Shown one piece after another: positions 44,215 through 51,620 of a DNA stretch of 52,116 nt. Each line of letters opens with the position of its first letter. Positions within the stretch are counted from its first letter, which is position 1. Below the pieces are notes generated by a model. The model ran no database searches and had not been told where the DNA came from. It was given only the letters and a program-made list of their open reading frames with translations. The translations under genes were made by a program, and so were the position numbers. The stretch comes from a virus, in the IMG/VR virus record IMGVR_UViG_3300006141_000023, one strand, 5' to 3'.

Positions 44215-44655
44215 TTAATCTATTGAGTCGAGAAATGCTCGTACCTTTTCTTTGTTCTTGGGGTCTCCGGCATCGATGTTCTCCTGTTGGTCGCCTTTGT
44301 CTTTCTTGTCTTTGGGGCTTTTGTAGGAGGGTAGCGATGCGCCGTAAAGCGTGAGGTTTGCATAGCTGAGTTCATAAAGAACGTAGTCTATCGGAAGGTT
44401 GAAAGCCTTGACCGTTCCGGCGACTACTGCCCAGATGCTATCGCTTCGGTTTCCACTTTCGTCGGGCGCATCAGATTTATCTCTGTCAGGAAAGTGGTAA
44501 GCCCGAAAAAATCGCCGACCTGCATTTTGAGAAGGGTTTGGGCGATGATGTTGTGGAGGTCTCTCGGTGTCGTGTCTTCCAGCAATTCCCGGCTCAGTCG
44601 TTCTTTCTTTGTTTCGTACTTGACTACCGTATGCTTCGTGCTGAATAACCCCCAT
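44215..44655 (-). CDS. tail assembly chaperone -1 frameshift extension (gpGT-like), entered from 44424..44954 at 44511..44505
   Basis: The -1 frame at the heptamer reads FFRAYHFPDRDK..., which is exactly this ORF. It ends 3 nt before the tape measure start. Confidence 0.65.
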   Translation of the reverse strand: MGVIQHEAYGSQVRNKERTTEPGIAGRHDTERPPQHHRPNPSQNAGRRFFRAYHFPDRDKSDAPDESGNRSDSIWAVVAGTVKAFNLPIDYVLYELSYANLTLYGASLPSYKSPKDKKDKGDQQENIDAGDPKNKEKVRAFLDSID

Positions 44656-44954
44656 AGATGCCGTTTCTTTTCCGTGTGGCGGCTTTCGACAATGTCGTTT
44701 ATGTGTTTTGCCCCAAGAATTAAAGTCGCGGCTATATCGCCTAATTCTTGGCAGTCTTTGGCTACTGACAATGTCTCCTCGATTACCTTGTCTTCGTCGA
44801 GGTGGAGGTGGGGTAAACGCGAGACCCCTCCCGAAACGAGGATTAAGGTCGCTACGCTCGGAGGGGCTATTGTGTATGTCTTGCCGCCTATTGTCATTCC
44901 CTCCGGCTGTTGGAGGATGGTTTGGGCGACCTTTTCTTCAATTGTCTTTTCCAT
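44424..44954 (-). CDS. tail assembly chaperone (gpG-like)
   Basis: Start at ATG 44954 (MEKTIEEK); the longer ORF to 45032 reads through a tRNA gene. It contains the slippery T TTT TTC. Confidence 0.7.
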   Translation of the reverse strand: MEKTIEEKVAQTILQQPEGMTIGGKTYTIAPPSVATLILVSGGVSRLPHLHLDEDKVIEETLSVAKDCQELGDIAATLILGAKHINDIVESRHTEKKRHLWGLFSTKHTVVKYETKKERLSRELLEDTTPRDLHNIIAQTLLKMQVGDFFGLTTFLTEINLMRPTKVETEAIASGQ

Positions 44955-44971
44955 CGCTGTGAGGTATTGAT

Positions 44972-45046
44972 TGGTTGCGAGAGTGGGATTCGAACCCACG
45001 ACCTCTGTGCCGGGAACACAGCGAGCTGCCACTGCTCTATCTCGCT
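44972..45046 (-). tRNA. tRNA-Gly (anticodon CCC)
   Basis: Hand-folded cloverleaf: acceptor (A)GCGAGA/TCTCGC(A), D arm GAGC-AGTGGCA-GCTC, anticodon arm CTGTG-TTCCCGG-CACAG, variable loop AGGTC, T arm GTGGG-TTCGAAT-CCCAC, then A-CCA. Positions 1:72 form an A-A mismatch. Confidence 0.75.
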
Positions 45047-45062
45047 TGGGCTGTAGTGTGCG

Positions 45063-45164
45063 CTACGGGGTAATTGTGCTGAGGTTGTTGAACCTCAGTG
45101 TTCCGTCTGCTGTCAGTCTGAATGTCGCCCAATCATTCACGCACCGCACACCACTTAGTTTTTT
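45063..45164 (-). other. candidate -1 frameshift site (A AAA AAC abutting the stop) plus a 30-codon extension of the major tail protein
   Basis: Minus sense is cc-A-AAA-AAC-TAA. The -1 frame reads KKLSGVRCVNDWATFRLTADGTLRFNNLSTITP and stops at 45063. Confidence 0.45.
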
Positions 45165-45619
45165 GGAGCGTTCTTGAAGTAGGGTTTGACCATCTTGCCC
45201 TCTTTGGGCTTGAGGACTTTCGCCACATAGTGGAGCATGATACCGTCTGCGGTGGTATAGCTCTCCTCGACGCGCAGGGTGCAGCGGTCGATTTGGATAC
45301 CCTCGCAGTCCGGGTCTTCGGGCGTGATACGGAAGGCGTGTTCTCCGGCGATGATGCCGTCGTTGTCTTCCCACGGACGCTTCTTGCCTTTCTTGACGAA
45401 GTGGTCAAATTCTAACTGATATTTGTTCTTCCCGGTGCGCGAGTCTACGACATCGCCACCTTCTTCGAGTGCTTCGGTCTCCGTACCGGCGGTCGGAGTG
45501 AGCTTGGTCGTTGTGTCTTTGGGGGTGTCGATTGATTTCCACGTTGCAGCGGCAGCGGGTGCGCCGTCGGTGGATTCTGCGGTCTCGATATCGGGTTTAC
45601 CCCATGAAAGTAATGCCAT
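45155..45619 (-). CDS. major tail protein
   Basis: 154 aa, lying between the tail terminator-like gene and the chaperones. Confidence 0.6.
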   Translation of the reverse strand: MALLSWGKPDIETAESTDGAPAAAATWKSIDTPKDTTTKLTPTAGTETEALEEGGDVVDSRTGKNKYQLEFDHFVKKGKKRPWEDNDGIIAGEHAFRITPEDPDCEGIQIDRCTLRVEESYTTADGIMLHYVAKVLKPKEGKMVKPYFKNAPKN

Positions 45620-45640
45620 ATTATTCTTGTTTATGGGTTG

Positions 45641-46198
45641 TTAATTATTCTGTTTCTGAACAATCGGAGTGATTATGACCTCGTCTCCGTTCTCCGTCTC
45701 AAGAAGAGGGAAGTATCCGTCATCGGTGTCGGAGTCCGTGGCATCGATCATCGCCGACTGCGGTGTCTGTATCGGGTCATTGTCGTGTCCGAAATACTCG
45801 TACTTGAGCTTGACGACCACGAAATGCTGATTAATGCTCGGTTCGGCTTCCGTGTAGATTGTCTGCTGCAACTTGAATTTGTAGCATGAAACCTCTGCCG
45901 TAAGGCTGTCAGCCCATGCCTGTGCGAGTTTCTCTATCTCCTCGGTTCGTCTTCCGTCTTCCAGCCATGTGCCGTTGTCTTCGGGGTCGATGTCCGGCAC
46001 AAAGATGTTGACGGTTACCACGCCTGTCTGTATTTGGTCGGGCAGTCCGGCAGTGAATGTCACAACCGCATCTTCCATGCGGCTGTCTCGTGGGCGGTAG
46101 CCGTTCCGATAGACCTCTCCCGATATTTGGGTGTAAAGGGTCGAGTCTTTCAAGAGACGGCTAATGTCGCCCTGTATCTGCTTTCCTGTCTTTGCCAT
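45641..46198 (-). CDS. tail terminator / tail-to-head joining protein (by position)
   Basis: 185 aa, directly upstream of the major tail protein gene. Confidence 0.45.
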   Translation of the reverse strand: MAKTGKQIQGDISRLLKDSTLYTQISGEVYRNGYRPRDSRMEDAVVTFTAGLPDQIQTGVVTVNIFVPDIDPEDNGTWLEDGRRTEEIEKLAQAWADSLTAEVSCYKFKLQQTIYTEAEPSINQHFVVVKLKYEYFGHDNDPIQTPQSAMIDATDSDTDDGYFPLLETENGDEVIITPIVQKQNN

Positions 46199-46207
46199 TG
46201 GGTCGTG

Positions 46208-46648
46208 TTATTTAAATCCGAGTTGTTTCAAAATCTGCGGCACAAGTTTGTCAGCAAGCAATTCCGCGCTGTCGAGAACGTCTCGCCCTGTGGCGGAGAC
46301 AAAGGAGGCGTAATTCATTCCGGCTACCACGATGAGAACAATGCCCTCCGGGAATTGCCGGGCGACCTCTTTCGCGTATTGGATTCCGCTCTTTGCTCCG
46401 CTGTCGCCTTGCATGACCACCTCGAAGTCACTCTGATATTTTATCTTTCCGTCAAGAACGATGACGTATCCGAGCGAGCTTCGAAGGTTGCCTGTGCGGT
46501 CTTTGTAGGAGTTTGTCTCACGGGCGGCATTGAGGCATTTTTCGCCGATGAACTGCAAGTTGTAAATAAGCGCATTTGTCATGCGTTCCACCTGCTGTTC
46601 AATGTAAGCGTCAATCTCTGCTGCCGGGGTCTTCTGCGTGATTCCCAT
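46208..46648 (-). CDS. HK97 gp10-like head-tail component
   Basis: KDRTGNLRSSLGYV resembles the gp10-family DTGNLRNSI motif. Confidence 0.55.
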   Translation of the reverse strand: MGITQKTPAAEIDAYIEQQVERMTNALIYNLQFIGEKCLNAARETNSYKDRTGNLRSSLGYVIVLDGKIKYQSDFEVVMQGDSGAKSGIQYAKEVARQFPEGIVLIVVAGMNYASFVSATGRDVLDSAELLADKLVPQILKQLGFK

Positions 46649-46756
46649 TTTCGTGAGTTATTTTCTCCGAATTTGCCCTCTGTGGCGTTTTGTCGTGCAA
46701 ATGGTATGGTTGTTCCACCCGACCGAAAGAAGCGCGACACAGGGCAACACACGGGG
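46649..46756 (-). promoter_or_regulatory. conserved leader element, copy d (upstream of the gp10-like gene)
   Basis: Minus sense: UUGCCCUGUG-UCGCGCUUCUUUCGGUCGGGUGGAACAACCAUACC...CACAGAGGGCAAAUUCGGAGAAAAUAACUCA-N6-AUG. Confidence 0.6.
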
Positions 46757-47086
46757 TCATATTAAAATCCTTATTTCTCCGACCGCTTCAAGGGCTTCCG
46801 GGGGCGCAATCAATGAGAATTCTCCGAGGACCTTGCCGCTTCGTTCCGTCAGCCGGATTTGTTCCGAGGAGGGCAGCGGCTGTTCCTCAATCAGTACCGT
46901 GTAGGTGGCTGTCGTGAAACGCTCGCCGTTGACCCTGCCGAGGTTCGTGCGGTTGTTGGGGATAAACTGACAAGGGATCGGTTTGCTCCAGCCGACCGCT
47001 GTCGCTTTCGTTGGATAGCCTGTCTCCGGGTCAATCTTTCCGGGGGTCTTCTCTTTGAATTCGATTGTGCCGTTCTCGATTATCAT
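46757..47086 (-). CDS. head closure / head-tail adaptor protein
   Basis: The start at ATG 47086 forms an ATGA overlap with the upstream stop. Function is assigned by position. Confidence 0.5.
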   Translation of the reverse strand: MIIENGTIEFKEKTPGKIDPETGYPTKATAVGWSKPIPCQFIPNNRTNLGRVNGERFTTATYTVLIEEQPLPSSEQIRLTERSGKVLGEFSLIAPPEALEAVGEIRILI

Positions 47087-47415
47087 AGTCTGTCTCCTTT
47101 GTAGCCGTATGAGACGCACCCGGCATTTGCCGTAGGCTCGTACACGTCATAAATCGCGTTAGCCTGTCGCTTAAAATCTTTTCGCTGCTCGTCGGTAAAC
47201 GAGAAGGACTGACCGCCCTGTGAAATGTTCGGAGCTCCAGAGAGCCAAAGCAGAAGGTCTGCTTTGGCAAGGAGATAATCCTTGCCTTGCAGACTCTCCT
47301 GCGAGGTTTCAGCGGCAAGCGAAATATTACGACGTTCCGCTGTCTCCGTGAGGGTGCGCAGCGGTATCGGGTAAGCGTTCACGCTCTTTAATGCGTCGAG
47401 GTTGGTTTGTGCCAT
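47083..47415 (-). CDS. gp6-like head-tail connector protein
   Basis: 110 aa, the first gene after the major capsid gene. Confidence 0.5.
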   Translation of the reverse strand: MAQTNLDALKSVNAYPIPLRTLTETAERRNISLAAETSQESLQGKDYLLAKADLLLWLSGAPNISQGGQSFSFTDEQRKDFKRQANAIYDVYEPTANAGCVSYGYKGDRL

Positions 47416-47438
47416 TGATGCTTCGCATTACGGGGAGA

Positions 47439-48536
47439 TTAATCCCATGAGGTTTTGTCGGTGCGGACGTAAACGTTGCGGTATGCCGTGTCGAGGACGG
47501 GGATTGCGTCGGCTTCGCCGATGGTTACCTCGCCTTTCGGCTCGATTGTGCCATATTTCTTGATGACGGTGTGAGAGCGCACGGCGCGGATTATGCAGTG
47601 GCTCGTGTCGTCATCTTCGAGTATGTCGTACTGGGTAGAACCCAGCTTCTCGGTTTCCGAAAGAACGAGACGGTGGTCGGCGAATGGGTTTCCTGTAATG
47701 TCCGGCTTGTCATCAAACTCACGAGTGATGTCTTGGTCGATGATGCGGAGCTGAAGACCGCCCAGCCATGCCTGTTCCTTGAGCATCGCGTTAATCTGCG
47801 CGAGGTTCGGGGTTTGCGAAATGTTGAGGGCGTTGGATGCAAACGAGGCGCAAGCCTTGATGATTTGGTCGGTCGAGGCGATGCGGTAGAGTTCGTTCAA
47901 GTTGATGAAAGCGAACTTGGGATTGCGTCCGTATTTCTTCTGCTCCTCGCGGATTTTCACGAGGTCGCCGATGATGTCGGCAGATGCCTTGTTGCCCCAA
48001 TCGGTCAGAGCGACGACTTTCTGCTCATCATCGACATCGTAGTCGAGGTCGAATTCGTTTGCAAATGTCGCGTTGGTCGTGGTCGTGAACTTCATCACGC
48101 CTGCGTTTGACAGGAGCGTCCATGCGATGTATTCAAGCTCGGACTGAACACCGTTTGCGCAGAAGTCCACGTCTTCGCCCCAAAACTCGACGAGGTTGGT
48201 CGCGTCATCGTCTTTGGCGAGAGCGCGTTCTGTCTGATAACGCTTCATGTCCGCACGTGTCATTTCACGAGAAATGGCGATGTACGGCAGGTCGCCTTTC
48301 GCGCTCTGAAAGATGGGACGACGCTTGCGGATGATAGTGCCGTTGTCTGCGTGGAGGTCAGCGGCTACGTTCTTTTTTGTGAGCTGATTGGTCAGCGTCT
48401 CCCAATTGAACCCGGTTCTTTTCTTCACGGGGAAGTAAGTGCCGAAAAGGAAGGGCTTCATGTCGATGCTGTTCAGTCGACATTCCACCATCTGTTGATT
48501 CAGCCCGTGGATAAGTGTATTTACTACTGTTGCCAT
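47439..48536 (-). CDS. major capsid protein (lambda gpE-like arrangement)
   Basis: 365 aa, preceded by scaffold-like and decoration-like genes. Confidence 0.75.
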   Translation of the reverse strand: MATVVNTLIHGLNQQMVECRLNSIDMKPFLFGTYFPVKKRTGFNWETLTNQLTKKNVAADLHADNGTIIRKRRPIFQSAKGDLPYIAISREMTRADMKRYQTERALAKDDDATNLVEFWGEDVDFCANGVQSELEYIAWTLLSNAGVMKFTTTTNATFANEFDLDYDVDDEQKVVALTDWGNKASADIIGDLVKIREEQKKYGRNPKFAFINLNELYRIASTDQIIKACASFASNALNISQTPNLAQINAMLKEQAWLGGLQLRIIDQDITREFDDKPDITGNPFADHRLVLSETEKLGSTQYDILEDDDTSHCIIRAVRSHTVIKKYGTIEPKGEVTIGEADAIPVLDTAYRNVYVRTDKTSWD

Positions 48537-48548
48537 TGCTTATCGGGG

Positions 48549-49130
48549 TTAGAGGTTGATGATTCCTTTCAGTTTGGCGATGAGGAATTCGGGGACGGGG
48601 TTGTTGCGCGTCACACCGATTACCCATGCGTCAGTGCTGATGTTCGACTTGGGGTCGAAAGGTTGCCCGGTGCCGTTGACGGACTGCGGCTCGTATTTGA
48701 GCTGCGACTTGCTGTTTTCTGCGCCTGTCGCTTCTTCTGCCGCTTCAACGATGAAGCCACCGAGGGCGATTGCGCCGAGTGTGGTGTTTACCGTGATGGT
48801 GTCATACTTTTTGTTGGTCTCGTCGATCGCCGTGATTTTGTGTGCGACCTTGCCGGGTTCAACCATGATGCAGTCGCCGACTTTGAAGTTATGGAACTTC
48901 GAGACCTTGATGGTCTTGTCGGCTGCGGTGACCTCGGCGATAACCTCGGCGGTCTTGACCACATGAGTGATGCCCTCGACGGGTGCGCTCAGAATTGCGC
49001 CCTCCCGGAGATAGTCTCCACCGAGTTCCGAAGCTGCCACAGAAACGCCACCACGAATGTCTGCGTTCTTGTGCAGGAAGACGCGAGGTGTCTGGTCATC
49101 GCGTCTTTTCTTTACGGTCATTTTTGCCAT
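48549..49130 (-). CDS. head decoration / capsid-associated protein
   Basis: 193 aa, between the scaffold and the major capsid gene. Confidence 0.4.
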   Translation of the reverse strand: MAKMTVKKRRDDQTPRVFLHKNADIRGGVSVAASELGGDYLREGAILSAPVEGITHVVKTAEVIAEVTAADKTIKVSKFHNFKVGDCIMVEPGKVAHKITAIDETNKKYDTITVNTTLGAIALGGFIVEAAEEATGAENSKSQLKYEPQSVNGTGQPFDPKSNISTDAWVIGVTRNNPVPEFLIAKLKGIINL

Positions 49131-49155
49131 TCTTCAGTGAGTTAATGGGTTAAAC

Positions 49156-49845
49156 TTAGAAAGGCTGATTACCTGCGGCAGGGATGCCCTCTCGATGCGA
49201 GATTGCAGCTTTCTGCGCTTCGGTGAGTTCAGTCTTGTTCTGTGCGCCTGTTGACGCGGAAGGTTTGCCGAAGACAGCCCCTTGTGCTGCCGTATCGTCA
49301 GCGATGCCCTCGACCTCGGTCGTGATGTCTGCGATAAGGGTGTTGAACTCCTCGGCAGAATATTTGTCGATAGGGAGTCGCTCATAAGCCTTACGCATGG
49401 GTTCGGGTAATTTGCCTATTACGGCGTTGAGTTGCTGGGTTCGGGTTTCGGTTGTCTTGGCGGTCTCCATGCGTTCGATACGCTCGATGAGTGTTCTCGC
49501 CCATGCAGGAGTCTCGTCAGTTCCCCCGGTTGTTGGGTTGGTTGCGCTGCCGCCTGTCGGCTGCTCGCCCCCGGTCGTTGTGGTTGTGGTCTTCACTCCG
49601 TCTTTCAGTCCGTAGCGGCTCTCGTATTCCTGCACCGCGTTCTTGCGAGCGGTTTCGGATGCTTCGGTCGCTCGGCTGTCGCCGTAGCTTTCGATGACCT
49701 GCTGAATGGTCACTCCCTCTACTGCGGTCTTGACCTGTTCTGCTGTTGTGGCAGTCTTCGCGAGCTTGGTCGCTATCCTGTCGAGAATGCTGTCGCTGAC
49801 CCCCGGAAATTTGGCTTTCAGCGCATCAAATAATTCTTTTTTCAT
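49156..49845 (-). CDS. scaffolding protein
   Basis: 229 aa, helical and Ala/Glu/Thr-rich. It is the first gene of the structural operon. Confidence 0.5.
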   Translation of the reverse strand: MKKELFDALKAKFPGVSDSILDRIATKLAKTATTAEQVKTAVEGVTIQQVIESYGDSRATEASETARKNAVQEYESRYGLKDGVKTTTTTTGGEQPTGGSATNPTTGGTDETPAWARTLIERIERMETAKTTETRTQQLNAVIGKLPEPMRKAYERLPIDKYSAEEFNTLIADITTEVEGIADDTAAQGAVFGKPSASTGAQNKTELTEAQKAAISHREGIPAAGNQPF

Positions 49846-49880
49846 CGCGATTTGGGTTGGTTTACTAATCAGTTAATGCG

Positions 49881-49922
49881 CAAAGTTACAAAGAAATTTT
49901 GATGTGATTATAATAAAATCAC
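49881..49922 (-). promoter_or_regulatory. promoter with TAACTTTG -7 box plus a perfect 19-bp palindrome (structural operon)
   Basis: caaagtta at 49881-49888 and GTGATT-ATAATAA-AATCAC at 49904-49922. The ATG is at 49845. Confidence 0.6.
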
Positions 49923-50013
49923 AAAAATCCAAATTATTCTCCGGGAATTTTCGTCTGAACACACTATTTAGCATAGTTGGGTGTAAAAGAATAAAAGAGT
50001 TAAAAATTGCCTG

Positions 50014-50071
50014 TTCGGTTAATTTTTCTCTCAAAAGATGAAGTATTAACCGAATAGTTAATGTAACTTTG
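50014..50071 (+). promoter_or_regulatory. plus-strand accessory-operon promoter with a 10-bp inverted repeat
   Basis: TAACTTTG at 50064-50071. TTCGGTTAAT (50014-50023) and ATTAACCGAA (50045-50054) form a perfect inverted repeat over the -33 region. Confidence 0.5.
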
Positions 50072-50120
50072 TGTCGTGAATATGAACCACGGGCGTTCAG
50101 CCCCTCTAAAACTTGAAATC

Positions 50121-50366
50121 ATGGCTTCTGCATCTGCATCCGTTTATCCCTCCTCCTACATCAACCGCAACTACCTCATCAAGGTTAACGGTCTTTCGCC
50201 CTCCGGCGACAAGCTGAACGTGTTGGTCGGCGTTTCCGGCGCGATTGCTCTCATCGGGGAGGAGCTGTTCTACAAGTTTGTCGGTCGTGCCGAGCGCGAC
50301 ATCAACAACGATGTTACCCACTGCAAACTCCGCCGTGGTATCAAGTTCTCTTTCTATCGCAAATAA
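50121..50366 (+). CDS. hypothetical protein
   Basis: The ORF runs 50076..50366. The start is set at ATG 50121 because the -7 box ends at 50071. Confidence 0.5.
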   Translation: MASASASVYPSSYINRNYLIKVNGLSPSGDKLNVLVGVSGAIALIGEELFYKFVGRAERDINNDVTHCKLRRGIKFSFYRK

Positions 50367-50377
50367 ATTTTACTTTT

Positions 50378-50581
50378 ATGCTTACTTCCGAACAACTTAC
50401 TGTCGTGCGCCACGTAAATGCGCACCGTCGCGCTCCGAAATGCTACGGATGCATCCATTCCGTTGATAGCTGCTATGGTTGTCAGCTCTGTGAAATTGAC
50501 AATAAGTGGCGCGATTCATTCGCCGACCGCTCCGAATGTGCGAATTGGAAGACGAAGTTTCCGCTTCTTTCTGAAAAATGA
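50378..50581 (+). CDS. small Cys-rich protein (67 aa)
   Basis: CYGC...CYGCQLC...C spacing suggests a zinc-binding protein. Confidence 0.5.
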   Translation: MLTSEQLTVVRHVNAHRRAPKCYGCIHSVDSCYGCQLCEIDNKWRDSFADRSECANWKTKFPLLSEK

Positions 50582-50628
50582 ACAATAAACCGGGTCGGCT
50601 TCAGGGTCGCCCCTCAAAATAAGTTGAA

Positions 50629-50970
50629 ATGGAAAAATTACGCAATCTTGAAATGCTCCGCTTCGAGAATTGGCTTTGGAAGCATTACAACCCTGCCGAG
50701 GTCTTCGAGGACTGGGCAGAAAAGACCACCGAGGCTGTCATGGCTCTTGCTATTGCCGCCGACCTCGACCCCTCTGATATCGTTCTTCCTCTCTCGGAGG
50801 AGGGCATCTTCAAACCCATCTGTGGTCTCCATGACTTTCTCCGCACTCCTGTTGAAGAGCGCGACCCCGGCGAGGTCTGCCGGGAGTTCTATCCGGGTGT
50901 CGCCTTGACAAAGGACGAGCTTCGGTGGGTGGCTCTGCACATTCAGTCGGCTCTCATTCCGGCTGTGTGA
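50629..50970 (+). CDS. hypothetical protein (113 aa)
   Basis: ORF in the plus-strand accessory operon. Confidence 0.5.
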   Translation: MEKLRNLEMLRFENWLWKHYNPAEVFEDWAEKTTEAVMALAIAADLDPSDIVLPLSEEGIFKPICGLHDFLRTPVEERDPGEVCREFYPGVALTKDELRWVALHIQSALIPAV

Positions 50971-50973
50971 AAA

Positions 50974-51104
50974 GATAACCCATTTGGTTATGTCTTCGGT
51001 TATCCCTTTGGTTATCCCCGCTTATGAAAAGATAACCGGGGGATAACCGAAAGATAAGCCATAGTAGAGTAAAGTAGAGTATATTATTGGTTATTGGCAT
51101 AACC
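50974..51104. repeat. iteron cluster II (same GGTTAT/GATAACC and TACTCTAC words as cluster I)
   Basis: GATAACC at 50974, 51031 and 51042. GGTTAT at 50986, 50998, 51010 and 51089. AGTAGAGT at 51063 and 51073. ATAACC at 51099. The region is intergenic. Confidence 0.6.
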
Positions 51105-51203
51105 ATATAAAAAATCTCCCTACGGGAGACAAAAAGCCGTCCCAGCCGTTGTTTCGGGTTATCCGCCTGTATCATCCGCAAGGGAGGCGAAAAATTAAAA
51201 ATC

Positions 51204-51485
51204 ATGGGAGTAATCGCAAAATCCGGCGCAAAGCCAAAAGAGACGGGCGACCGTTTCGTCTATTCCGTGGTGTTCTTCGGCGCACCTATCCCCGACAAAC
51301 CTCGACAGAAGTTCTTCCTGTTCTCGTCGCTTGCCGCCATCTACGAGGTCTTCTCCGTGGAGCAGATAGGCTGCACTCTCGGACACCTCTACAACCTTAA
51401 AGTGCCAGACGGCTCTGCCTTTGCCGGAAAGCGATGTATCATCAAGCGTGAGCCTGTGGTCTCAAAGCGTCAGAAACGGCTCTAA
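51204..51485 (+). CDS. hypothetical protein (93 aa)
   Basis: ORF in the plus-strand accessory operon. Confidence 0.5.
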   Translation: MGVIAKSGAKPKETGDRFVYSVVFFGAPIPDKPRQKFFLFSSLAAIYEVFSVEQIGCTLGHLYNLKVPDGSAFAGKRCIIKREPVVSKRQKRL

Positions 51486-51588
51486 TTTCGTTTTCCGGCT
51501 CTCCGGCGGTGTCTCGCTCGTCTCATGGCTCTCTCGTGCGACAGCGGCGAAATTTGGCGGCTTCTGCGGTATTCTCGAATAATTAACG

Positions 51589-51596
51589 TAACTTTG
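51589..51596 (+). promoter_or_regulatory. TAACTTTG -7 box upstream of the ARH gene
   Basis: Exact TAnnTTTG match 25 nt before ATG 51621. Confidence 0.5.
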
Positions 51597-51620
51597 TAAT
51601 CTTAAATCTCTGAACTGCTT

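Noticed and set aside
44955-45032. N-terminal 26 codons of the 202-aa ORF (MAARCVPGTEVVGSNPTLATNQYLTA)
   Set aside because: This stretch is the reverse reading of the tRNA-Gly gene. The chaperone most likely starts at ATG 44954.
45079-45098. Perfect 8-bp hairpin CTGAGGTT-GTTG-AACCTCAG as the stimulatory structure for the major tail protein frameshift
   Set aside because: It lies about 57 nt downstream of the heptamer, far beyond the usual 5-9 nt spacer. It is more likely a processing or termination element next to the tRNA, or incidental to the coding of TLRFNNLS.
51115-51131. Hairpin TCTCCC-TAC-GGGAGA as a plus-strand terminator
   Set aside because: On the plus strand it is followed by caaaaag, not a U tract. 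The U tract is on the minus strand, where no gene ends, so the function is unclear and it was left unannotated.
50954-51205. 83-aa minus-strand ORF across iteron cluster II
   Set aside because: The ORF is composed of the iteron repeats themselves, is antisense to the surrounding plus-strand operon, and has no promoter.
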